From Oceanispirochaeta sp. (GTDB taxonomy: Bacteria > Spirochaetota > Spirochaetia > DSM-2461), in assembly GCA_963663385.2 (NCBI GenBank), contig CAXXXD010000002.1, forward strand, positions 384,001 through 448,000: a stretch of DNA of 64,000 bases. Direction: 5' to 3'. Position numbers and translations under genes: made by a program. Below, in pieces: positions 30,747 through 39,552 of the stretch (the first letter of the stretch is position 1; the number at the start of each line of letters is the position of its first letter). Below the pieces are notes generated by a model. That model saw nothing but the letters and a program-made list of their open reading frames with translations, was not told the origin of the DNA and did not search any database.

Positions 30747-31561
30747 CTTCTATGGTAAAACTGGCAGTCAGCGATATAGACGGGACCCTTGTTGATACGC
30801 AGAAACGGATCTCCCCTTTGAACAGAAAAGTCATTAAGGCATTTCAGGAGAAGGGCGGTGCGTTCACGCTTGCCACAGGGCGGATCGAAAGGTCCGCCAT
30901 TCCCTACTGCCGAGAACTGGATATTCAGGTTCCCCTTATCCTTTATAATGGAGCCAGAATTGTACACCCCGTCACCGGTCGTGTTTTATATGAAAAGGCC
31001 CTCAGTGAGGCGGATGTCACCAGGGCGCTGGTTTTAAGGGAAATGTATCCTCTGGACTACATTATCTACTCTGACGGGGAGCCATATGTATTCGGCCGAA
31101 GCGAAAATATTCTGACCTTTGAAAAAGGTGATGGATATGAATGCAACGTTATTGGTTCTTATGAAGAATTAAAGGGCAGATCCGTTACAAAAATCCTGAT
31201 GATCGGAGATAACGCCTTTTTCGACGGATACCGGAATGATTTCAGCCGGGATAAGGAAGCAAGTGCCGTGCTGGTTCAGTCCGAACCCACATACCTGGAA
31301 ATCCTTCCGGCTGGAGTGAATAAAGGAACCGCGCTGGAACAGCTGGAGATGATCCTGGGTATAGACAAGGATGAAGTCATCTGTTTCGGCGACAACATGA
31401 ATGATGTTGAGATGATTCGCCGGGCCGGTATCGGTGTGGCCATGGGGAATGCCGGGGCGGAGGTAAAAGCTGCCGCGGATTGTATTGCCCCCGATCATAA
31501 TGACGATGGCGTTGCCCGGGTTCTGGCCCGGGAAGCGGATCTATCAGATATCAGTATTTAA
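30743..31561 (+). CDS. Cof-type HAD-IIB phosphatase
   Basis: DIDGTL, ATGR, NKG, FGDNMND. Confidence 0.92.
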   Translation: MTSMVKLAVSDIDGTLVDTQKRISPLNRKVIKAFQEKGGAFTLATGRIERSAIPYCRELDIQVPLILYNGARIVHPVTGRVLYEKALSEADVTRALVLREMYPLDYIIYSDGEPYVFGRSENILTFEKGDGYECNVIGSYEELKGRSVTKILMIGDNAFFDGYRNDFSRDKEASAVLVQSEPTYLEILPAGVNKGTALEQLEMILGIDKDEVICFGDNMNDVEMIRRAGIGVAMGNAGAEVKAAADCIAPDHNDDGVARVLAREADLSDISI

Positions 31562-31909
31562 AAAAGTATAGAACAGTCCTCTGTCCCTCTCCCGGTTGTG
31601 CTATTCCCATTTCTGCAGCCGGGGGAGATTTTTTTATAAACTGTTATTATGCAAATGATACCCATTCCGGTTCGCCCGGGGAGTTCGTATAGTTATGGGG
31701 ATAATCGTGTTACTTTTTTACGACTTGCTCGGTTTCGCTTGTACCGTTGGGTTATACGGAAGGCAGTCTGAACTGGTCAGCCATAACCGTTGCAGATGAA
31801 AAATTCTTAAGCAGATACCAGGATTTCCCAAATATGGCGGCAATGACAGAATTAGTGATTTAGGAAGAAAAAGTTCCGGACAGAATCGAGTTATTCTAAA
31901 AGCAACCAT

Positions 31910-31942
31910 TGGGAATCTGTCATTAGGCAGTACAGATTCCCA
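31910..31942. terminator. Hairpin downstream of tctA
   Basis: TGGGAATCTGT...ACAGATTCCCA inverted repeat. Confidence 0.55.
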
Positions 31943-31976
31943 TGATGATGTGCCCGGCAGTTTTTATATAATCGAT

Positions 31977-33470
31977 TTATGCCGGAACCGGCTCAGGCTT
32001 TTTCTCTTTTTTAAAAAGAAACATCGCAACAGAACCGAACGCCAGCAGAAGAAAGGCCAGGCTGATGGGGCGGGTGACAAATATGGAAAGGCTGCCGTCG
32101 GACATGACCAGGGATCGTCTGAAATTGGTCTCCGCCAGAGGCCCCAGTACGATTCCCAGAAGGATCGGTACCAGCTGGAAGTCCAGCCGCCTCAGAAAGT
32201 AGGCCAGGATCCCGAAGGCAATAATGATATAGACATCAAACACCGTATTGTTGGTGGAATAGGCTCCGGCCGCACAGAATGTAACAACTATGGTGGATAG
32301 AAGTTCATAGGGTACCGTAGAAATCCGGGCGTAAAACCGGGTAAAGGTTTTGGCAAGCACAAACATAAATACATTTACCACAAGCAGTCCCAGCATAATG
32401 GCATACATGATATGGGCCTGCTCTACGAAAAGGGACGGCCCGGGTACCATGCCGTGAACCATCAGGGCTCCCAGAAGAATGGCTGTCGCTCCGTCTCCCG
32501 GCACGCCAAGGGTCAGAAGGGGAATGAGCGTTGCTCCGGTTGCGCCGTTATTGGCCGACTCGGACGCCGCTACCCCCTCAATCTCTCCTTTTCCGAAGTT
32601 GAATGCCCGTCTGGAAACCTTTTTTGCCTGATCGTAACTGATAAATGCGGCAAGGCCTCCGCCGGTACCGGGAGTCGCTCCCACAATGGTTCCGATAACG
32701 GATCCGATTCCGATAGGTTTCAGGCAGCGTTTAAACTCGGCCCTGCTGATCCTCTGTTTATCCAGGGAAAAGTTTTTAAGAGATGCTGCATCGGTTTTCG
32801 GATTGTAAGTCGATTTGATCAGGATCTCGGATATGGCGAAAAGGCCGATCAGGGCTATAATCAGAGGAATCCCGCTGGTGAGGTTGATATTATCAAATAC
32901 GAATCTCCAGGTCCCGCTGATATTATCCATGCCGATCGTTGCCACAAAGATTCCGAGACAGGCTCCGATCAGCCCTTTGAATATGCTTTTATTGGAAACC
33001 CCCGAAATAATGGACAGACCGAATACTGCCAGGGCCAGGTACTCGGGAGGGCCGAATTTCAGGGTCACCTTGGCAATCTGAGGGGCCGCAAAGAGCAGCA
33101 CCAGGGCGCTGAAGATTCCCCCGATGGTGGAAGCGTAAACCGCCATGGACAGAGCCTTGTAGGCTTCGCCGTTCTTTGTCATGGGGTAGCCGTCAAACAG
33201 GGTGGCTGCGTTGGCTGATGTTCCCGGTGTGTTGATCAGGATGGCTGTGATTGAGCCGCCATAGGTTCCGCCGCAGTAGAGGGCCAGGCAGGTGAGAATG
33301 GCGGATGTCGGTTCCATCCCGTAGGTCAGGGGAATGCAGAGGATAATCCCCAGGTCCGACGTCAGTCCGGGAATGGCTCCGACTATGATTCCCAGCATTA
33401 TCCCTATGGGAATCAGGATGAAATTCTGCAGAACAAAAAGTTCGCTTAATCCTTGTATTATAAAATCCAT
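31977..33470 (-). CDS. tctA: Tripartite tricarboxylate transporter large subunit
   Basis: GAIPGL, YGGSITAILINTPGT, ESANNG, PLLTLGVPGD. Confidence 0.93.
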   Translation of the reverse strand: MDFIIQGLSELFVLQNFILIPIGIMLGIIVGAIPGLTSDLGIILCIPLTYGMEPTSAILTCLALYCGGTYGGSITAILINTPGTSANAATLFDGYPMTKNGEAYKALSMAVYASTIGGIFSALVLLFAAPQIAKVTLKFGPPEYLALAVFGLSIISGVSNKSIFKGLIGACLGIFVATIGMDNISGTWRFVFDNINLTSGIPLIIALIGLFAISEILIKSTYNPKTDAASLKNFSLDKQRISRAEFKRCLKPIGIGSVIGTIVGATPGTGGGLAAFISYDQAKKVSRRAFNFGKGEIEGVAASESANNGATGATLIPLLTLGVPGDGATAILLGALMVHGMVPGPSLFVEQAHIMYAIMLGLLVVNVFMFVLAKTFTRFYARISTVPYELLSTIVVTFCAAGAYSTNNTVFDVYIIIAFGILAYFLRRLDFQLVPILLGIVLGPLAETNFRRSLVMSDGSLSIFVTRPISLAFLLLAFGSVAMFLFKKEKKPEPVPA

Positions 33471-33485
33471 AACGATTGTGATCTC

Positions 33486-33950
33486 CTAGGGTAAATTGAC
33501 ATCCAGCAGCATGGTAAAAATGCAGTAAACCGTAACTGCCGTGAAAAGGGACAGACCGTAGTACTGCCACTTGCGGGCGCCGTAGTAAAGGAGTATGGCA
33601 ATAGAAAGCAGGGCTGTGGAAATGAGATACCCGGCAAAGGTGAGAAGTATGCCGTAGATGATGAAAATGGAACAGAACAGAATAGACCGCATTTCCTGAC
33701 GGAACGCCATGCTTTTAAAGGTTTGAGAGTCTATATGGAGGATCTTTTTCGGTGTCCTGAGCAGTCCCTGAAGCAGAAGGGCCGCACTGAAAATAAAAAG
33801 CCCTATCGTAACGATACGGGGTATCGTCTGTGCCGTAACGGCAGTTGTTTCCATTGTGTCAATCTGACTGGGAATGAAATACCATATGAGGCTTGCCAGT
33901 ATTAAAAAAAGCAGGCTTGATATGATATCGGAATTGTACTTTATCTGCAT
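33486..33950 (-). CDS. tctB: Tripartite tricarboxylate transporter small subunit
   Basis: Small multi-TM protein ending F..LLDVNLP, between tctC and tctA. Confidence 0.85.
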   Translation of the reverse strand: MQIKYNSDIISSLLFLILASLIWYFIPSQIDTMETTAVTAQTIPRIVTIGLFIFSAALLLQGLLRTPKKILHIDSQTFKSMAFRQEMRSILFCSIFIIYGILLTFAGYLISTALLSIAILLYYGARKWQYYGLSLFTAVTVYCIFTMLLDVNLP

Positions 33951-34013
33951 GAGTGATTCCTTACATAAAGGGTAATGGCCGCCGGGACAAATCCCTGCGG
34001 CCGATCCTTATCT

Positions 34014-34976
34014 TTACTTTATCAATTCGATATATTTAGTCATATCCTTGCTCTGGGCGTCAATTATACCGAATAATTCGTCCGCGCCGATACCGTAGCT
34101 TTCCATTTTCATACCGGACATGAAGTCCTGGAATTCCGCATCAGCATATACATCTTTGATAAACTGAGTCAGAACCTTCTGTTTCTCCACATCCACGGAT
34201 GAACGGACGGCAAAGTAATCCAGACCGGTAAACTCAAGGTCAATTCCCTGGCTTTTAAAAGAGGGCTGTACATCCAGACCTTCCACTTTTATCGACTCGG
34301 GAGTAAATACACCCAGGGATACCAGTTTGCCTGATTTTACATAATCGGAATATACGGGAGGAGAACCGATGCTGATATCCACATGACCGCCCACCAGGGC
34401 GTTGATGGCATCCAGTCCGCCGTTGAAGGGTACGGCTTCCGCCTCAATACCCATTTTCTTGAACAGTACGGCCAGAAGGGTATAACCGTCATTCCCGGGT
34501 CCGCCGGTTGTGGCATATTTGATTACATTGCTTTTGGCGTACTCTTTCAGGGCTTCCATGCTGTCGATTCCGGATACTGCCGGGTTTGCCAGGGCAACGA
34601 ATTCTACAGAGCGCATACCGATAAGGGGAGTGATATCATCCAGAGTGTAGGTCACTTTCTGAAAGTGGGGAGTCAGGGAGAACAGGGGGCCATTCGCCAC
34701 AATCATGGTATAACCGTCATCCTCAGCCTTGATGGCTTCAGTCATGGCGATTGTTCCGGCTCCTCCGGTTCTGTTTTCTACAATAACAGTCTGTCCCAGG
34801 TATTTTTCACCGTAGGAGGCAACTTTTCTGGCGATGACGTCAACGCCTCCCCCCAGTCCCCAGGGAACAATTATGGTTACCTTTTCAGAGGGGTAAGCTT
34901 CCTGCTGACCTTCCGAATAAACAACTCCGGCTAACAGGGCCAGGAGAAGCACAAGAGATAACAACTTCTTTTTCAT
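34014..34976 (-). CDS. tctC: Tripartite tricarboxylate transporter binding protein
   Basis: YPSEKVTIIVPWGLGGGVDVIAR, VENRTGGAG, DGYT, ALVGGHVD. Confidence 0.92.
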   Translation of the reverse strand: MKKKLLSLVLLLALLAGVVYSEGQQEAYPSEKVTIIVPWGLGGGVDVIARKVASYGEKYLGQTVIVENRTGGAGTIAMTEAIKAEDDGYTMIVANGPLFSLTPHFQKVTYTLDDITPLIGMRSVEFVALANPAVSGIDSMEALKEYAKSNVIKYATTGGPGNDGYTLLAVLFKKMGIEAEAVPFNGGLDAINALVGGHVDISIGSPPVYSDYVKSGKLVSLGVFTPESIKVEGLDVQPSFKSQGIDLEFTGLDYFAVRSSVDVEKQKVLTQFIKDVYADAEFQDFMSGMKMESYGIGADELFGIIDAQSKDMTKYIELIK

Positions 34977-35005
34977 AGATAATCTCCTTTAAAAGAATAA
35001 CATAT

Positions 35006-36073
35006 TTATAACAGAACCTCAGCTCTGTCATTTGCAGTTTCCGGTTCGGGGCATAAATCAAATTCCACAGAACTCTGCTGTCCCGGAGCAAGAGTCAGGA
35101 TCAGGGCCCGGAAAGGGCCGGGTACTTCAAAATAGGGTTCATAACGGACTTCATCCGTAAAAAGCAGTACCGGTTTATTCCCCATATGTTCTTCAATCAG
35201 GCGGTAGCAATCCGGGTTGGAAGAGTCGTTCCTCCTATCCGAAGCACCGGAAGTGACGATAAAACGGGGAGAAACGGCTTTAATGGCTCTTTCGTTTATA
35301 CTGTCCCGTTGTCCGTGATGGGGCAGTTTAAAAAGATCAATATCAGTTTTGTCCAGTTCTCCGAAAAGGGCGTCCGGCCAGCTTTCGGGGCAGGAATCTC
35401 CTGTCAGAAGAACCTTGATATCCTTCCACCGGAAAAGAAGGGCAAGGCTGGAGGCATTGCAGTTTCTGTTCAGGGTTATAAGGCTTTTTCGGATTCTGCC
35501 ATCTGAAATGAGAACGTTCCCATTTTTGTCGAATAAACTGTTCAACTGGTTTCCGAACAGTTCTCCCTGCGGGGTCTGATTATTCAGAACCCTTATACTG
35601 AAGGACTCGGACAGAACAAAATCCTTTCCTTTCTCCATCATGGCTTTAACAGGCAGCCCTTTCGCCCGGCAGTACGCCAGTATGGGAGTGTAGATATTCA
35701 GGGAGTCTATCAGGAATCGGGCTTCACTCACTGCTGAATTATCAATTCTCCGGCATTCCGCAGTTTCGGGGAGCAGATGATTAACCCACACTTCGCCGAT
35801 TTCCAACTGCCTCATAAGGGGAATCGCCATGGCAATATGGTCTTCATGGGGGTGGGAGAGGACAAGGATATCCAGCTTGTCAATCTCTCTTTGTTTTAAA
35901 TAATCTGTCACCATGATCCGTGGACCCTCCGGTTGGTACTCCTCTTCTTTGGCGCTCCCGGTATCCACCAGGATTCTGATAACAGAATTGTCAATATCGC
36001 AGGGGATTTCAATGAGGACGGAATCCCCGTATCCCACATTAATAAAATGTACTTTCATACTATCCAAATTCAT
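35006..36073 (-). CDS. Stand-alone ComEC/Rec2-type metallo-beta-lactamase-fold hydrolase
   Basis: HFINVGYGDS, LVDTG, SHPHEDH, LLTGD, KLPHHG; no membrane competence domain, no signal peptide. Confidence 0.82.
   Translation of the reverse strand: MNLDSMKVHFINVGYGDSVLIEIPCDIDNSVIRILVDTGSAKEEEYQPEGPRIMVTDYLKQREIDKLDILVLSHPHEDHIAMAIPLMRQLEIGEVWVNHLLPETAECRRIDNSAVSEARFLIDSLNIYTPILAYCRAKGLPVKAMMEKGKDFVLSESFSIRVLNNQTPQGELFGNQLNSLFDKNGNVLISDGRIRKSLITLNRNCNASSLALLFRWKDIKVLLTGDSCPESWPDALFGELDKTDIDLFKLPHHGQRDSINERAIKAVSPRFIVTSGASDRRNDSSNPDCYRLIEEHMGNKPVLLFTDEVRYEPYFEVPGPFRALILTLAPGQQSSVEFDLCPEPETANDRAEVLL
35506..35527. promoter_or_regulatory. Intragenic copy of the LacI operator
   Basis: AAATGAGAACGTTCCCATTTTT is the exact reverse complement of 37100-37121. 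Confidence 0.65.
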
Positions 36074-36080
36074 TCCTTTT

Positions 36081-37076
36081 TCAGCCAGACTGCCTTGTGA
36101 TAAGCTTCGTTGCTGTTATTTCCGGGCCTGCCGGGACAGGTTTACCCTCGATCAATCTATAAAGGATATCCACGGCAATTCTGCCCATTGCTTCCTTGTC
36201 CACATGGACGGATGTCAATTCCGGTTCTATTACCTGGCAATACTCACTGTTGTCGTAACCTACAACAGCTATATCCCCCGGTATGGCCAATCCCGAACGT
36301 AGAATGGATTTCATGGCGGATACGGCAACAACATCGCTGTTACAGAAAAGGGCGGTCGGTTTCTCCCGCAGAGTCAGGATCCTGTTCATTCCGGAAAAGA
36401 TATCCTCCGCAACCGGTTCCACTGTAATATCCCAGCGGGGATCGACCGGCAGCCCGTGGGCCTCAAGGGTATCCAGATAAGCCTGATGCCGCTTTGTACA
36501 GAGAAAAGGGCTGTATCTGCCCGAAAGCATACCTATTTTTCTATGCCCCTGATGAATCAGATGTTCCATGGCATCCCTGGCTCCCTGGTAGTCATCGTTG
36601 ATAACACTGGGAATCCCATCAGAAACAGGGATATTGTTCAGAAGCACAACAGGAATACCTTTATTTCTGAAGTTCTCTATCATTTCGGGAGCAATCTGGC
36701 TGGCCAGGATAACCCCATCCACCTTTTTCTCCATCATGATACGGCTGCTGGGCAGGGTCATATCGCTGTCTGAAGAGATAAAAAGGCTGTTTCCCCTCCG
36801 GTTTACCCCATCCACAACCGCTTCAACAATGGGAGCATAAAAGGGATTGGAAATGACCGGTTTCTGTTTTTCACATATAATGAAGCCTATGTTTCCTGTT
36901 TTTCGGGTTATCATGGCTCTGGCTACCGCATTGGGCGTATAGTTGATAGACTCTGCTGCCTGCAGGATCTTTTTCAGGGTCGGTCCTTTTACTTTATCGG
37001 GATCCGCATAGGCACGGGATACGGTGGATTTTGATACGCCGGCCAGACGGGCTACATCGTGAATGGTGGGTCCCAT
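36081..37076 (-). CDS. LacI-family transcriptional regulator
   Basis: TIHDVARLAGVSKSTVSRA HTH; IPGDIAVVGYDN. Confidence 0.95.
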   Translation of the reverse strand: MGPTIHDVARLAGVSKSTVSRAYADPDKVKGPTLKKILQAAESINYTPNAVARAMITRKTGNIGFIICEKQKPVISNPFYAPIVEAVVDGVNRRGNSLFISSDSDMTLPSSRIMMEKKVDGVILASQIAPEMIENFRNKGIPVVLLNNIPVSDGIPSVINDDYQGARDAMEHLIHQGHRKIGMLSGRYSPFLCTKRHQAYLDTLEAHGLPVDPRWDITVEPVAEDIFSGMNRILTLREKPTALFCNSDVVAVSAMKSILRSGLAIPGDIAVVGYDNSEYCQVIEPELTSVHVDKEAMGRIAVDILYRLIEGKPVPAGPEITATKLITRQSG

Positions 37077-37099
37077 ATGCGTCTCCTTGATTTGAAATT

Positions 37100-37122
37100 A
37101 AAAATGGGAACGTTCTCATTTT
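37100..37122. promoter_or_regulatory. LacI-type operator upstream of the lacI-MBL-tctCBA operon
   Basis: AAAATGGGAACGTTCTCATTTT near-perfect palindrome with central CG; minus-strand TTGACA at ~37159-37164. Confidence 0.78.
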
Positions 37123-37242
37123 TGTTGTAAGAATATAATAAGGCCGGTTTTTCCCGGCTGTCAAGTTTTATTTGAAAAAACCTCTCCCCGTCCAGGGAGA
37201 GGCGAATGCAGCTGTAATTCTGTTCTAAACCATTCTTTTATT

Positions 37243-37698
37243 TTATGCTTTTATCTTGAGTACAATTTTGCATACCTCTGCCGGTACACCGGAAGGATGG
37301 CATCCCGGTTTATGGGACTCCCCCGGATAGAAAACGGCAAAATCACCCTCCTTCAGCCGGATAGGGGTGTCGGGTATATTTTTATAGAAGAGAATATCCG
37401 AATCGGCATTATAGGGGATTTCGACGGGCAGGTCCTGCCTGTGTGAAACATAAATAACTTCCTCTCCTTTAAGAATATACTGTATATCAATGTATTCTTT
37501 ATGGGCCTCCGGAAGGCATTCCGAGGCTTCCCGTGTTTCGTATTTTTGAATCAGGGCAAAAAGCCTGTCTCCCTCCAGATCATAGCGATCCAGGTTCAGG
37601 CTATTTATAACTGCTTCTTTCAGGAAATCAAAGGCTTTGCCAAACAGAGGATGGCAGGACGCGTAATTATCCGAGTTCTGTATTCTATCTATGATCAT
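37243..37698 (-). CDS. YhcH/YjgK/YiaL (NanQ-like) protein
   Basis: True start is MIIDRIQN (37698); EAHKEYIDIQY, FAVFYPGESHKP, KIVLKI. Confidence 0.9.
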   Translation of the reverse strand: MIIDRIQNSDNYASCHPLFGKAFDFLKEAVINSLNLDRYDLEGDRLFALIQKYETREASECLPEAHKEYIDIQYILKGEEVIYVSHRQDLPVEIPYNADSDILFYKNIPDTPIRLKEGDFAVFYPGESHKPGCHPSGVPAEVCKIVLKIKA

Positions 37699-38877
37699 GG
37701 GTTTCTCTCTCCATTTTCTCCAGTCTTTTATATGTTTTAAACAGAAAACGGGGTATGTGGAAGGGCCCCTTGAAGTGGTTCCCCTTAAGATCAACCTGGA
37801 CAGAACCGTCCCGGCGGAGATACCCGAACCACTCTCCAAACTCTTTATCCGGAAACCGCTGCCAGCTGTAGTCATGAACAAGGTCAAACCACTTTCTATA
37901 ACGGGACTCTCCAGATAAATCGTAGGCCAGGAGAAAGGCATAAACGGCTTCGCAGTGGGGCCACCAGTATTTCATATCCCACTCAACCTGGGCAGGCTGC
38001 TTCCCCTCTATATCCACGAAGGAAAACAGCCCTCCGAATTCTTTGTCCCAGCCCAGTTCCATGGACCAGTCCAGGATGGGAGGGTTTTTTCAATCAGAGC
38101 TTTATCTTTTCTGTATTCCGCCTCTTCAAGGATAAACCAGGCGGTTTCGATGGCATGGCCCGGATTGACGCAGCGCCCCTCGGGCCCTTCAGTTATCTCT
38201 CCCCCGGGACCGACTGTTTCAAGTAAAGCTTTAAGATCGGGTTTTACAAAAAAGCGGAAAAGTTCCTCAATCTGGCTGTCGATCCGGGCGGTGTACTCTT
38301 CCGCGTGTTCCGGATCGGCCTGTCTCAGGATCTGACAGAGGCTGATCAGCATCATGGTCATGGAGTGTCCCCTCATGGGACGGGTTTCCGTATCGATCTT
38401 GGCCGGCATTTTGGGGCTGAGTTCATTGATCAGGAGATAGAGTTCCCTGGCATCCTGACGGGCTCTGTCGTCATCCGAGATCTCCGAATAGGCCGCCAGA
38501 CCTATGGCGGCAAAAACCTCTGAAAACAGATAACGTCTCATAACAAGAGGCTCCCCCTCCCGGGTCACCTCGAAATAGATCCGGCCGTCCGAGGCCCGCC
38601 GGAGTTTCTCCCGGATGAAACGTACGCCGTTAGCGGCGATTTTTCTCCACTCCTCCCGCTGTTCCACCTCTTTATAGAGGGTGGAAAAAACCCACACGGC
38701 TCTTCCCTGAACCCAGCCGCCTTTGTCCGTGGAAAGGGGTGAGCCCTTCCGGTCCAGGTAGTCCATAAAGCCGCCGTACTCCCAGTCTACGGAGTAATTC
38801 TCCCAGAAGGGGACTACATCTTCCGTTAGTTGTTTGTAATAGAAGTTCTTCAATTTTGTTATATCGAGATTATCCAT
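37685..38877 (-). pseudogene. N-acylglucosamine 2-epimerase (AGE family), split by a 1-bp frameshift near 38079 (true lesion or sequencing error)
   Basis: ORF 38008-38877 has DWEYGG, WVQGR and NPGHAIE; ORF 37685-38062 has GWDKEFGG, KYWWPHCE, GEWFGYL and KGPFHIPR; adding one base joins them. Confidence 0.8.
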
Positions 38878-38907
38878 CCTGAATTCTCCATGGTAACGAA
38901 CGTGTTT

Positions 38908-39552
38908 TTATATTTTCATCGCCAGTACTTTATCAGCTACTGAATTCCCAAGAAGAAGAAGCTGGTCCGGATCGTAATGGATTCCATCGGATTCGCTTAC
39001 CTCTATGATTTTGTCTGTATCCAGAAAGGGGACCTTTTTCTGCTCTGCAATATCCCGGTATTTTTCAGAAAAGAGCAGAGACTTTTCATATCCCCCGGCA
39101 AATACACTGTCAGGATCTGTTTCTTTTCGTATCCTGGGAGGAATGAGAAGCAGGACTTCCGGTGGACCCCCATCCTGTCCGCAGGCACTTTTCCGGACTA
39201 AATCGATAAGAGCTCCGATACCGGCTGCAATCACTTCCATGGATAGGGAAAACCTGAATTTGAGATCATTGGTTCCGACCATAAGAATCACCAGATCAAG
39301 GGGTTTATGACTTTCCAGACAGGGGGACAGACAGGTATAACCGTTCCTGTGCTCTTCAACCGGGTCGTCAAATATGGTTGTCCTGCCATTCAGACCTTCC
39401 GGGATGACATGGTACCCCGGTCCCAGTCTTCTCTGGAGAACCGTTGTCCAGCGATCTTTGTAATTGTACCTTTCCCCCAGGGGCGGTTTATACCCCCAGG
39501 TATTGGAATCTCCGTAACATAAAACTGTTTTTGCGGGAGTATCAGATGGCAT
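38908..39552 (-). CDS. SGNH/GDSL hydrolase (candidate O-acetylesterase)
   Basis: GDSNT, GLNG, GTND and DGIH catalytic blocks; located in the nan operon. Confidence 0.88.
   Translation of the reverse strand: MPSDTPAKTVLCYGDSNTWGYKPPLGERYNYKDRWTTVLQRRLGPGYHVIPEGLNGRTTIFDDPVEEHRNGYTCLSPCLESHKPLDLVILMVGTNDLKFRFSLSMEVIAAGIGALIDLVRKSACGQDGGPPEVLLLIPPRIRKETDPDSVFAGGYEKSLLFSEKYRDIAEQKKVPFLDTDKIIEVSESDGIHYDPDQLLLLGNSVADKVLAMKI

Noticed and set aside
31640..31905. Possible small ORF, gene remnant or ncRNA between the HAD gene and tctA
   Set aside because: Short frames exist on both strands, but none has a convincing RBS or motif, and I could not recognise an RNA family.
35006..36073. Competence gene comEC
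   Set aside because: Only the MBL domain is present; there is no membrane competence domain, and the context is a transport operon.
37699..37941. N-terminal extension of the YhcH ORF (similarly the extensions at 48145-48318, 56913-56969 and 60154-60219)
   Set aside because: These extensions overlap neighbouring genes or promoters; family-like sequence begins at the downstream ATG.
38078..38092. Programmed -1 frameshift in the epimerase gene
   Set aside because: The A-run is not in the X XXY YYZ phase for tandem slippage and AGE genes are not known to be recoded; a simple indel is more parsimonious.
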